Shown here: one piece after another, positions 1-10,900 of the stretch
How positions within the stretch are numbered: the first letter of the stretch is position 1
Layout of the letters: each line of letters begins with the position of its first letter
NCBI RefSeq assembly: GCF_963921235.1
Contig: NC_086097.1
Location: 228,658,001 to 228,722,000 of the forward strand
Length of the DNA stretch: 64,000 nt
Direction: 5' to 3'
Origin: Mobula hypostoma
Taxonomy: Eukaryota
Notes under the pieces: model-generated
Told to the model about the DNA's origin: nothing
What the model saw: only the letters and a program-made list of their open reading frames with translations
Databases searched by the model: none
Translations under genes and position numbers: made by a program

Positions 1-145
1 CTATTTAATATACATATACTGTATATATTTACCGTAATTTATTTGTTTTTCTACATTTATCATGTATTGCATTGTACTGGTGCTGCAAAGTTAGCAAATT
101 TCACGACAGATACCGATGATACTAAACATGATTGATTCTGATTCT
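1..145 (+). mobile_element. 3' UTR/tail of a Rex1/Babar-type LINE
   Basis: TATCATGTATTGCATTGTACTG is also present at ~53309-53330 downstream of Rex1-like RT coding sequence; ends in a (TGATTC)n-like tail. Confidence 0.6.
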
Positions 146-169
146 ATGAAGAAGAAAGCAATAAATTTC

Positions 170-953
170 TAAAATATTCTCTGGCTAGTTAGATAGAAGT
201 GGCAGATGAAATTTAGTGCAGAAAAAATTATTGGCAGGAAGGAAAAGGAAGGCAATGATTCCAAAGGCCGTGATTCCAAAATAGCTGCTCCGATAGAGAG
301 ACTGCTGGGTATACCCATATAGCTTGTTGAAAACGTCAACGCTGCTTGAGGAAGTAATAACAAAGCAGAAAGGATCTTGGGCTTTAGAAGAGGCATATAA
401 GATAAGAGCAAGGAGATCATGATGAAACTTTATGAAACATTTGTTCAACCACAATTACAGAATTGTGTCCATTTCTGGGTGCCACACATGACAAAGGTGC
501 AGAGGCTTTGGAGAGGTTGCAGTAAAGATATACTAAAATCATTTCATGGGTGAGGGACTTTAGATACAGAGTTGTTCTCCTTGGAGCAGAGAAGGTTGTG
601 GGTGGCGGGGGGGGGGGATCTGCTAGAGCTATTTAAATCATTTTAAGATTAAGTCAAAGAAACTGTTCCTATTCATGGAAGTGTCAAGAATCAGGGGAAT
701 GATGGTGATTGAAAAAATAATGATAGATGGAATGAGAAAAAATGTGAACGCAGCATATGATCAGGGGCTGTAATGAGAATTCTATTTTTGCCAAGAAGTA
801 GAGGTGAGTGTGCTGCCAGAAGTAGTGATTGAGGCAGACACATTAGCAATGCTAAATGGATAGGAAGGGTTTGGAGGGCTATGGCTCAAATACTGGCAGG
901 TGGGATTTGCTCACTTGGTTAAGCGTCTGCATCCATGTCCTAAAACCCTATGA
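170..953 (+). mobile_element. Highly decayed CR1 LINE 3' fragment
   Basis: Remnants of CR1 ORF2 C-terminal motifs (KWQMKF; IMMKLYETFVQPQLQNCVHFW) with stops and indels. Confidence 0.75.
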
Positions 954-1063
954 CTATGATAAGCTCAAACACAAGGAAATCTGCAAATGCTGGAAATTCA
1001 AGCAACACACATCAAAGTTGCTGGTGAACGCAGCAGGTCAGGCAGCATCTCTAGAAAGAGGTA

Positions 1064-1101
1064 CAGTCGACGTTTCAGGCCGGGACCCTTCGTCAGGACT
1101 A
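1064..1101 (-). ncRNA. Minimal type I hammerhead ribozyme motif (PLE terminus)
   Basis: Minus strand reads TAGTC-CTGACGA-A-GGGT(CCCG)GCCT-GAAAC-GTC-GACTG. Core boxes are present, stem I is TAGTC/GACTG, and stem III is reduced to the ACGT palindrome. Confidence 0.8.
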
Positions 1102-1344
1102 ACTGAAAGAAGAGCTAGTAAGAGATATGAAAGTGGGAGGGGCAGGGGGAGATCCAAAATGATAGGAGAAGACAGGAGGGGGAGGGATGGAGCCAAGAGC
1201 TGGACAGGTGACTGGCAAAAGGGATATGAGAGGATCATGGGATGGGAGGCCTAGTGAGAAAGAAAGGGGGAGGGGGGAAGCCCAGAGGATGGGCAAGGAG
1301 TATAGTGAGAGGGACAGAGGGAGAAAAAGGAGAGAAAAAAAAAT

Positions 1345-1376
1345 CAATAATAATAATAAATAAATAAATAAATAAT
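1345..1376. repeat. (AAT)n/(AAAT)n microsatellite within PLE 3' region
   Basis: caataataataataaataaataaataaataat. Confidence 0.85.
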
Positions 1377-1732
1377 GGATAGGGTACGAAGGGGAGGTGG
1401 GGCATTAACGGAAGTTAGAGAAGTCAATGCTCATGCCATCAGGTTGGAGGCTACCCAAATGAAATACTGTATAAGGTGTTGTTCCGCTAACCTGAATGTG
1501 GCCTCATCTTGATAGTAGAGGAGGCCGTGGATAGACATATCATAATGGGAATGGAACGTGGAATTAAAATGTGTGGCCACTGGGAGATCCTGCTTTCTCT
1601 GGCTGACAGAGCGTAGGTGTTCAGCGAAACGGTCTCCCAGTCTGCGTCGAGTCTAAACAATATATAGAAGGCCGCATCGGGAGCACTGGACGCAGTATAT
1701 CACCCCAGCGGACTCACAGGTGAAGTGTCGCC

Positions 1733-2575
1733 TCACCTGGAAGGACTGTCTGGGGCCCTGAATGGTGGTGAGGGAGGAAGTGTAAGGGCATGTGTAGCAC
1801 TTGTTCCACTTACAAGGATAAGTGCCGGGAGGGAGATCGGTGGGAAGGGATGGGGGGGCTGAATGGACAAGGGAGTTGCGTAGGGAGCAATCCCTGCGGA
1901 ACGCGGGGGGGGGAGGGAAAGGTACTTAGTTGTGGGATCCCGTTGAAGGTGGCGGAAGCTATGGAGAATTATGTGTTGAACCCGGAGGCTGGTGGGGTGG
2001 TAGGTGAGGACATGGGTAACCTTATTCCTAGTGGGGTGGTGAGAGAATGGGGTGAGAGCAGATGTGCGTGAAATAGGAGGGATGCATTTGAGAGCAGAGT
2101 TGATGGTGGAAGAAGGGAAGCCCCTTTCTTTTAAAAAAGAGGACATCTCCATCGTCCTGGAATGAAAAGCCTCATCCTGAGAACAGATGCAGCAGAGATG
2201 GAGGAATTGCGAGAAGGGGATGGCATTTTTGCAAGAGACAGGGTGAGAAGAGTAATAGTCCAGGTAGCTGTGAGAGTCCGTAGGCTTATAGTAGACATCA
2301 GTAGATAAGCTGTCTCCAGAGATAGAGACAGAAAGATCAAGAAAGGGGAGGGAGGTGTCAGAAATGGACCAGGTAAACTTGAGGGCAGGGTGAAAGTTGG
2401 AGGCAAAGTTAATGAAGTCAACGAGCTCAGCATGCATGTAGGAAGCAGCACCAATGCAGTTGTCGATGTAACGAAGGAAAAGTGGGGGACAGATAACAGT
2501 ATAGGCTTGGAACATGGATTGTTCCACAAAGCGAACAAAAAGGCAGGCATAGCTGGGACCCATACGGGTGCCCAT
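1733..2575 (-). pseudogene. PLE reverse transcriptase core/thumb (frameshifted fragment)
   Basis: MGTRMGPSYACLF, FLRYIDN (RYIDD), LPFLDL, TDVYYKPTDSHSYL and SSHP..CKNAIPFSQFL are typical Penelope-like RT motifs. The frame continues upstream across the CR1 at ~5062 (PSTTTLFRRVELV|LTLNNFSF). Confidence 0.9.
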
Positions 2576-2640
2576 GGTTACACCTTTAGTTTGAAGGAAG
2601 TGGGAGGAGCCAAAGGAGAAATTATTAAGAGTAAGGACTA

Positions 2641-5057
2641 TTAAGTGAAATGCCTCAGAGATGGATTCTTAGAGCAGCTTGTACTAAAGCCTACCAGGGA
2701 GAAGGCAATGCTGGATTTAGTGTTGTGTAATGAGCCAGATTTGATAAGGGAACTCGAGGTAAAGGAGCCATTAGGAGGTAGTGACCATAATATGATAAGT
2801 TTTAATCTACAATTTGAGAAGATCGAAAATGTCAGTATTACAGTTGAACAAAGGGGACTATGGACACATGAGGGAGGAGCTGGAAAAAGTCGACTGGAAA
2901 GATACCCTCGCAGGGATGACAGTGGAGCAACAATGGCAGGTATTTCTGGGAATAATACAGAAGATGCAGGATCAGTTCATTCCAAAGATGAAGAAAGGTT
3001 CTAAGGGGAGTAAGCGGTGACCGTGGATGACAAGGGAAGTCAAGGACAGTATAAAAATAAAAGAGAGGAAGTATAACATAACAAGGATGAGCGGGAAGCC
3101 AGAGGATTGGGAGACCTTTAAGGAGCAACAGAAGTTATCTAAAAAGGCAATACGGGGGTGGGGGGGGGGAGATGAGGTATGAAGGTAAGCTAGCCAAAAA
3201 TATAAAGGAGGATAGTAAAAGCTTCTTTAGGTATGTGAAGAGGAAAAAATTACTTAAGACCAAAGTCAGGCCCTTGAAGACAGAAACGAGTGAAATTATT
3301 ATGGGGAACAAGGAAATGGCAGACGAGCTGAACAAGTTCTTTGGATCTGTCTTCACTAGGGATCAATCTCCCAGATGTAACAGTGGCTAGAGGACCTAGG
3401 GTAACAGAGGAACTGAAGGAAATTCGCATCAGGCACAAAATGGTGTTGGGTAAACTGATGGGACTGAAGGTTGATAAATCCCCAGGGCCTGATGGTCTGC
3501 ATCCCAGGGTACTTAAGGAGGTGGCTCTAGAAATCGTGGATGCATTGGTAATCATTTTCCAAAGTTCTATAGATTCAAGATCTGCTCCTGTGGGTTGGAG
3601 GGTAGCTAATGTTATCGTACTTTTTAAGAAAGGAGGGAGAGAGAAAACAGGGAATTATAGACCAATCAGTCTGACATCAGTGGTGGGGAAGATGCTGAAA
3701 TCAATTATAAAAAGATGTAATAGCGGCATATTTGGATAGCAGTAGCAGGATCGGTCCGAGTCAGCATAGATTTACGAAGGGGAAATCATGCTTGACTAAT
3801 CTTCTGGAATTTTTTAGAGGATGTAACTATGAAAATGGACATGGGAAAGCTAGTGGATGTAGTGTACCTGGACTTTTAGAAAGCCTTTGATAAGGTCCCA
3901 CATAAGAGATTAGTGGGCAAAATTAGAACAAATGGTATTGGGGGTAGGGTACTGATATGGATAGAAAATTGGTTGGCAGACAGGAAACAAAGAGTAGGGG
4001 TTAACGGGTCCTTTTCAGAATGGCAGGCAGTGACTAGTGGGGTACCGCAAGGCTCGGTGCTGGGACCGCAGCTATTTACAATATATATTAATGACTTAGA
4101 TGAAGGAATTAAAAGTAACATTAGCAAATTTGCAGATGACACAAAGCTGGGTGGCAGTGTGAAATGTGAGGAGGATGTTATGAGAATGCAGGGTGACTTG
4201 GACAGGTTGGGTGAGTGGGCAGATGCATGGCAGATGCAGTTTAATGTGGATAAATGTGAGGTTATCCACTTCGGTGGCAAGAACAAGAAGGCAGATTACT
4301 ATCTGAATGGTGTCAAGTTAGGAAAAGGGGAAGTGCAACAAGATCTAGGTGTTCTTGTACATCAGTCACTGAAAGTAAGCATGCAGGCAGTGAAGAAAGC
4401 TAATGGCATGCTGGCCTTTATAACAAGGGGAATTGAGTATAGGAGCAAAGAGGTCCTTCTGCAGTTGTATAGGGCCCTGGTGAGACAGCACCTGGAATAT
4501 TGTGTACAGTTTTGGTCTCCAAATTTGAGGAAGAACATTCTTGCTATTGAGGGAGCGTAGCATAGGTTCACGAGGTTAATTCCTGGGATGGCGGGACCAT
4601 CATATGTTGAAAGATCGGAGCAACTGGGGTTGTATACACTGAAATTTAGAAGGATGAGAGGGGATCTGATTGAAACATATAAGGTTATTAAGGGATTGGG
4701 CACGCTAGAGGCAGGAAACATGTTCCCAGTGTTGGGGGAGTCCAGAACCAGAGGCCACAGTTTAAAAATAAGGGGTAGACAATTTAGAACGGAGTTGAGG
4801 AAAGACTTTTTCACACAGAAGGTTGTGGTTCTGTGCAATGCTGTGCCTCAGAAGGCAGTGGAGTCCAATTCTCTGGATTCTTTCAAGAAAGAGTTAGATA
4901 GAGCTCTTAAAGATAGCGGAGTGAAGGGATATGGGGAGAAGGCAGGAAAAGTGTACTGATTGTGGATGATCAGCAATGATCACAGTGAATGGTGGTGCTG
5001 GCTTGAAGGGCTGAACGGCCTACTCCTGCACTTATTGTCTATTGTCTATTGTCCATT
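2641..5057 (+). mobile_element. 5'-truncated CR1 LINE inserted into the PLE RT
   Basis: End of the EN domain (PTREKAMLDLVL, GSDHNMI), RT motifs (NYRPISLTS, SGVPQGSVLGP, KFADDTK), an (ATTGTCT)n tail, and a short duplication GACTA at 2636-2640 and 5058-5062. Confidence 0.95.
3913..4560 (+). pseudogene. CR1 ORF2 reverse transcriptase fragment
   Basis: GVPQGSVLGPQLF, FADDTKLGG and LEYCVQFWSP motifs; flanking ORF2 pieces at 2645-3739 and 4588-4959 are broken by frameshifts and stops. Confidence 0.92.
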
Positions 5058-6488
5058 GACTAATTCCACTCGACGGAAGAGAGTGGTGGTAGAGGGGAAC
5101 TAGTTAGGTCTTGAATCCAAACAGAAGCGGAGAGCTTTGAAACCTTCCTGGTGGGGAATGGAAGTACACAGGGAATGGATATCCATGGTGAAAATAAAGC
5201 GATGGGGGCCAGGGAACTTAAAATCATCGAAAAAATTCAGAGCGTGAGAAGTGTCACGAACATAGGTAGGAAGGGATTGAACAAGGGGTGATAAAACAGT
5301 GTCGAGGTATGCAGAAATGAGTTTGGTGGGGCAGGAGCAAGCTGAGACAATGGGTCTACCTGGACAGGCAGGTTTGTGGATCTTGGGTAGGAGGTAGAAA
5401 CGGGAAGTGCGGGGTGTGGGAACTATAAGGTTGGTAGCAGTGGATGGGAGATCCCCTGAGCAGATAAAGTCGGTGATGGTGTGGGAGACAATGGCCTGGT
5501 GCTCCTTCGTGGGGTCACGATCGAGAAGTAAATAAGAAGAGGTATCTGCGAGTTGTCGCTGTACCTCAGCAAGGTAGAGGTCAGTATGCCAGACTACAAC
5601 AGCACCCCCCTTATCGGCGGGTTTTATAGTAAGGTTAGGATTAGTGCGGAAGCAGAGGAGAGCAGAGCATTCGGAAGGAGTGAAGTTGGAACGGGAACAA
5701 GGTGCAGTGAAGTCGAGACAGTTGATGTCCCATCGGCAGTTAGCAATAAAGAGATCCGGAGCAGGCAGAAGACCAGAGCGGTGTGTCCATGAAGAGGAGG
5801 AGGGTTAAAGACGGGAGAAGGGGTCATCGATGGGGGTGGAAGAGTCCTTGCCGAAGAAGTAGGCTCGAAGACAGAGCCGGTGGAAGAGGAGTTCAGCGTC
5901 ATGGCGAACACAGAACTCGCTGAGGTGTGGGCGAAGGTGGACAAAGGTGAGGCCCTTACTGAGGACAGAGCGTTCTGCCTCAGAGAGTTGAAGGTCGGAG
6001 GGGATGGTAAAGACCCGACACGGATGAGAATTTGGATCAGAGGGGGGAGGGGGAGGGAGGCTGGTGGTGTCAGTGGAGAGGGGAGGGTTGGGGTGAGAGG
6101 AAGAAGAAGCCTCCGAGGCCCCAGGAGTAGATGATAGGATGTGAAGGAGACGAGGTTGCAGAGTGGTGGTGGAGGAAGGGGAGACGGGAGTCATGGTAGC
6201 AGCACATGAAGACCCGGCCTGGCAGACCACTAGCCTCCGGGTCCAACATATAAATCTCCGTAACTTCTGCCACCGCCAACGGGATCCCACCACTAAGCAC
6301 ATCTTTCCCTCCCCACCCCCGCTTTCCACAGGGATCACTCCCTACGTGACTCCCTTGTCCATTCGTCCCCCCCATCCCTTCCCACCGATCTCCCTCCCGG
6401 CACTTATCCATGTAAGTGGAACAAGTGCTACACATGTCCTTACACTTCCTCCCTCACCACCATTCAGGGCCCCAGACAGTCCTTTCAG

Positions 6489-6815
6489 GTGAGGCAACAC
6501 TTCACCTGTGAGTCGGCTGGGGTGATATACTGCGTCTGGTGCTCCCGATGCAGCCTTCTGTATATTGGCGAGACGCGACGCAGGCTGGGAGACCATTTCG
6601 CTGAACACCTACGCTCTGTCCGCCAGAGAAAGCAGGATCTCCCAGTGGCCACACATTTTATTTCCACGTCCCATTCCCATTCTGATATGTCTATCCACGG
6701 CCTCCTCTACTGTAAAGATGAGGCCACACTCAGGTTGAAGGAACAGCACCTTATATTCCGTCTGGGTAGCCTCCAACCTGATGGCATGAACATTGACTTC
6801 TCTAACTTCTGTTAA
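6489..6815 (+). pseudogene. PLE GIY-YIG endonuclease domain (inverted arm copy)
   Basis: FTCESAGVIYCVWCSRCSLLYIGETRRRLGDHFAEH...HF...LGSLQPDGMN; a second copy lies on the minus strand at ~1405-1735. Confidence 0.92.
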
Positions 6816-7120
6816 TGTCCCACCTCCCCTTCGTACCCCATCCGTTATTTATTTATTTATTATTGTTATTAAATTTTTTTTCTCTCTCTCTCTCTCCTTA
6901 TTCTCCCTCTGTCCCTCTCATTATACTCCTTGCCTATCCTCTGGGTTTCCCCCCACTTTCTTTCTCCCTAGGCCTCCCGTCCCATGATCCTCTCATATCC
7001 CCTTTGCCAATCAACTGTCCAGCTCTTGGCTCCATCCCTCCCCCTCCTGTCTTCTCCTATCATTTCGGATCTCCCCCTCCCACTCCCACTTTCAAATCTC
7101 TTACTAGCTCTTCTTTCAGT

Positions 7121-7158
7121 TAGTCCTGACGAAGGGTCTTGGCCCAAAACGTCGACTA
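7121..7158 (+). ncRNA. Hammerhead ribozyme motif, probably inactive copy
   Basis: TAGTC-CTGACGA-A-GGGT(CTTG)GCCC-AAAAC-GTC-GACTA; the GAAA box is mutated to AAAA. Confidence 0.65.
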
Positions 7159-7833
7159 TACCTCTTCCTATAGATGTTGCCTGGCCTGCTGCGTTCACCA
7201 GCAATTTTTATGTGTGTGGCTATGATAAGCTTCCAAGTTGCCTGTACTTTGGAGCAATTCCAGCAGATGGAAAGTTGGATAGCAAGAGTAACGCCTGGGC
7301 TGGAATCTGGGTATGGGAAAATCTTTGTGAAGATCTGGCAGGAAAACTGCTAGCTTCAAGAGAATGATTGAGTATGAGTTGGGAAGAATCCAGCCCAAAG
7401 AACATATGACACCGAGTAGGAAAGTCATAAGCTTCAGCAGTTCTGTTGAGGGATAGTTGGGAATGTTGCTGGTTGGTTTACTAGCAGGTCAGAGTCAGAC
7501 TAGAGGAAAGCTTGAGTTGCTACAAAATATCATCTGTTACTGGAAAAGGGAAGAGGTCTGGTGCTAAGTACAAGAGGTCTCTTGCAGGGATGTCTTCGAC
7601 TTTGGTGAGCACAGTAAACAGCAACACGTAGTGAAGCAGCCAAACAGATAACCTTAGTAATAAAGAAATCTGTAGACTCTTTGGCCTTACTGAAAGTGTA
7701 TGAGAAGAGATCAAGAAAATCATGTGGACGGAAGTATCTGATTATAAATGGGGAAGACGGGTCCTCCTCCAGGGGAAAGGGAAATACATCAAACATGATT
7801 TAGTTCTACAATGCTCGGGAAATTAAAACCTAG

Positions 7834-8313
7834 GCAGCACACACAATATTCCTGAGGAACTCAGCAAGTCAGGCAGTATCTATGGAGGGGAACAAACAAT
7901 TGACGTTTCGGGCCAAGACCCCTCTTCAGATCTGGAAAGGAAGGGAGCAGAAGCCAGAATAAGATGGTAGGGGATGGGAAGGAGTACAATCTTGTAGGTG
8001 ATAGGCGAGACCAGGGAAACTCTGGTAATTTCTGCTCCCCCCTCCTCCCTTTTTCCTTTCTTCATTCTGGTTACCCTCTCAACCCTTTTCTTCTCTTCAG
8101 CTGGCCATCACATCCCACTGGTACCCATCCTCCTTCCCTTCCTTCCATGGTCCACTCTCCTTGCCTATTAGATTATCTTCCCTTCTCTCCTTTATGTCCC
8201 GCTGATCCTTCCAACTTCGTACTTCACCCCTTCCCCACCCACCCACCTTCCCCCTCACCTGGTGCTCTGGCATTTTGTGTATGCTGCTCAAGATTCTGCA
8301 GGATCGCGTGTTT
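7834..8313. mobile_element. Old inverted PLE terminal fragment pair
   Basis: Minus-oriented PLE terminus at 7834-~8010 with a decayed hammerhead (~7898-7935), followed by plus-oriented pyrimidine-rich PLE 3' sequence and terminus. Confidence 0.7.
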
Positions 8314-9078
8314 AAGCTAAGAGCTAAAATACGCACAACCATTACTCCTCTTCACCAAAAGGTATAGTAATGTGACAGTCATTTTAATCAATATTCCCTC
8401 AAGAAAAAAATTAAATCACCCTGGATGAGGGACAACTTTGGATAAAGCCATGGAGAGTTAACTGTACTGGTGTGGGCCAGCCAGAAGTGATCATGCGTGT
8501 TCGACAGGTTTGTGCCAACTTCTGAAAATCAGGAGTTTACACTGAGATTTCCCTGAGATAATACAAGTCATTCTGAGCTGAAACCACACACAAGGTGTGC
8601 ACAGTAGTATTGACATCAATGTTTTCTTTCGCTGGAAAATTCCAGTCATCCCCACACCTCTGCAAAACCTTTAGTGACTCAGAAATAATCTTTGATTTGC
8701 TTTAAATTGAGAGAAAAAGCCATCATTTGGACCTAAGGAGGAATGAATTGTTGTTTTTCTTTCCACAAACTGTGAAACGCAAGGTGTAAATCACCTCAGT
8801 GGCCCTTGTTAATCACTAGTGGTCACTAGTGTGAGGTTTGAGCAGAACAGTAAGAGAGAGCCATCTGCTTCAGTGAGGATTACGGTGCGCATGCAGTCAG
8901 CATATGAACTCTGCAAAGTGGCGGATGAGGCAACATGGGTATAAGACAGAATAGCACTGAACTGAGCACGTCCGTTGATAATGCCTTCCTTCCAATTACA
9001 AAAGAGGAAATTCTGCTATTCAGTGGAATGGAAGGGCATCCATACATCCTTTCATGGATCGTCTCAAGTTGTTTTTTT

Positions 9079-9180
9079 CTGTCCTGATGAAGCTTCTTGG
9101 CCTGAAACACTGACTGTTAACTCTTTTCCATAGATGCTGCCTGGCCTGCTGAGTTCCTCCAGCATTTTGTATGTGTGTTT
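9079..9180 (+). mobile_element. Short PLE terminal fragment starting at a hammerhead motif
   Basis: GTCCTGATGAAG...CCTGAAACACTGACTG...GATGCTGCCTGGCCTGCTGAGTTCCTCCAGCATTTTG. Confidence 0.75.
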
Positions 9181-9242
9181 TTTATGTTTTGTAACTTTAT
9201 ATTGCATCTGTTAATAATCTTAAATTTTTATGGCATCACTGA

Positions 9243-9546
9243 GGGCAACATAGTAACATAACACTGTAGAGCACCAGCTGTAAAATTAAGGTTCAATTCC
9301 CACTGCTGTCTGTTCATCCTCCCTGTGACTGTATGGGTTTCCTCTGGGTGCTTCATTTTCCTCTCACATTCCACATATGAATTAGTGAGGGTTAGTAAGT
9401 TGTGGGCGTGGTGCATTGTCTCCGGAAGCATGGCAACACTCGTGGGCTGCTCCAACCCATTCTCGGAATGCGTTGGCCATTGACGCAAACAATGCATTTC
9501 ACTGTATGTTTCAATGATTCAACAAATGAAGCTGAACTTAATCTTA
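9243..9546 (+). mobile_element. V-domain SINE (HE1-like), decayed
   Basis: B-box-like GGTTCAATTCC followed by a V-domain-like TGGGTTTCCTCTGGGTGCTTCATTTTCCTCTCACATTCC. Confidence 0.7.
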
Positions 9547-9644
9547 TTTTCTGAGGAATTATTACCACAAAAAAATGTTAAAAATCTACTTCCTTAGATA
9601 AGTAGAAGTTACTTTCCATATCACCCATTTTCAAGAGAAAAGCT

Positions 9645-9836
9645 TCCAGCAAAAGTGGTTGAGGCAGGTTCGATGTTGTCATTTAAAGTTAAATTGGATA
9701 GATATATGGACAGGAAAGGAATGGAGGGTTATGGGCTGAGTGCAGGTTGGTGGGACTAGGATAGGGTAAGAGTTCGGCATGGACCAGAAGGGCCTGTTTC
9801 CGTGCTGTAATTTTCATATGGTTGCATGGTTATATA
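9645..9836 (+). mobile_element. CR1 3' terminal fragment
   Basis: VVEAGS..FK..LDRYMD remnant, GAAGGGCCTGTTTCCGTGCTGTA, and an (ATGGTT)-type tail. Confidence 0.75.
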
Positions 9837-10900
9837 AGTGGGAGAACTCTCTACGTCATTGAAATTGCTGGTAGGGAACTTCCTGCCACAGTGATATTGA
9901 CAGCGGTCACCATATGTATCATAGTCTTCCAAAGCAAAATATTAACGTTTGCAACTCAAAATGCAAATCAGATCTAACTCCACCAATAACTAAAGGAAAA
10001 GTCTATTGCGATTTATTACTAATTAGTCCTTTGTTCATAAACAGTAGGAAGAGGCTAATAGAAGGAAGGGTTATTAGTTGAATCTTATTTTCTGCACAAT
10101 GTTCTACAGAACTGTTTGGATCTAACTTTTAAGCGCAATTTGTAATTGATGAAGCGTTGAGGAAATTCAAACTATGTACAGCTGATGTTCTTTAAAGATA
10201 ACTTTAATAGTCTTCTATTTAGTCAAATGATACAGGGACTCCCCCAGCTGTTTTTCAATTGAAGTTGTATGAATGAATACTGAAATCAGAAGCTTTTGGT
10301 CCTGTGCTACTCAAGCACTGCTAGTTCTGAGTCACTACTTATGTTACTCATCTTGTTTGGAACAATTTGCAATTCCAGAGACTCGCTACCCTCTGCAAGA
10401 AATATTGTGCTGGCTGAAAACCTCCTGAAGTCTAGCCCCAAGGCTCCGAGCAGAAGCAGGGCTTTGAATGACAGAGTGGAGGAGTACCATCGATGAAATT
10501 CTCCTGACATATTTGATAGTTGTTAAAGCTCTTGAAACATTTAAATGAATTGCATGTGGAAACATTTTAAAATTATTAAAATTGAAATTAAAATGTAAGC
10601 AAGTAAAGATAAAGCAATACAATCAATTTACAGACAATCTTTAAATATTCAGAAATATGAAGCAAATCACAAATACTTAATTTCTCATTGAAAACTGGAC
10701 AGCGCAACCAGTGAGGACTAACCTGGTAAATAATCCATGTGCTGAATTTCCACAGTACCTACTGGGGGTGTTGTGTTCTCTGGAGATTACAGTGGTGAAG
10801 CAGAAGTGAAGAACAGCCAGCAACAATTGGTTACTAATTTTGGAATCTCAATGTTTATTTGCAAGTCCTGAAATTTGCTGACAGATAAACTTTAATGATT

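Larger units (their letters stand above)
966..7219 (-). mobile_element. Penelope-like retroelement with inverted terminal arm, interrupted by a CR1
   Basis: Minus-strand body at 966-2640 and 5058-~6226, and a plus-strand inverted copy of the 3' ~1 kb at 6227-7219. TSD CTATGATAAGCT at 954-965 and 7220-7231. Contains PLE RT motifs, a GIY-YIG domain and a hammerhead motif in both arms. Confidence 0.93.

Noticed and set aside
856..1347. ORFs of 66-132 aa over the PLE termini, also recurring at 6793-7367 and 39776-40438
   Set aside because: Translations of low-complexity purine/pyrimidine-rich PLE terminal sequence; they recur only because the repeat recurs.
10296..10510. Overlapping ORFs in apparently unique sequence
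   Set aside because: No recognisable protein motif and weak splice signals; cannot be supported.
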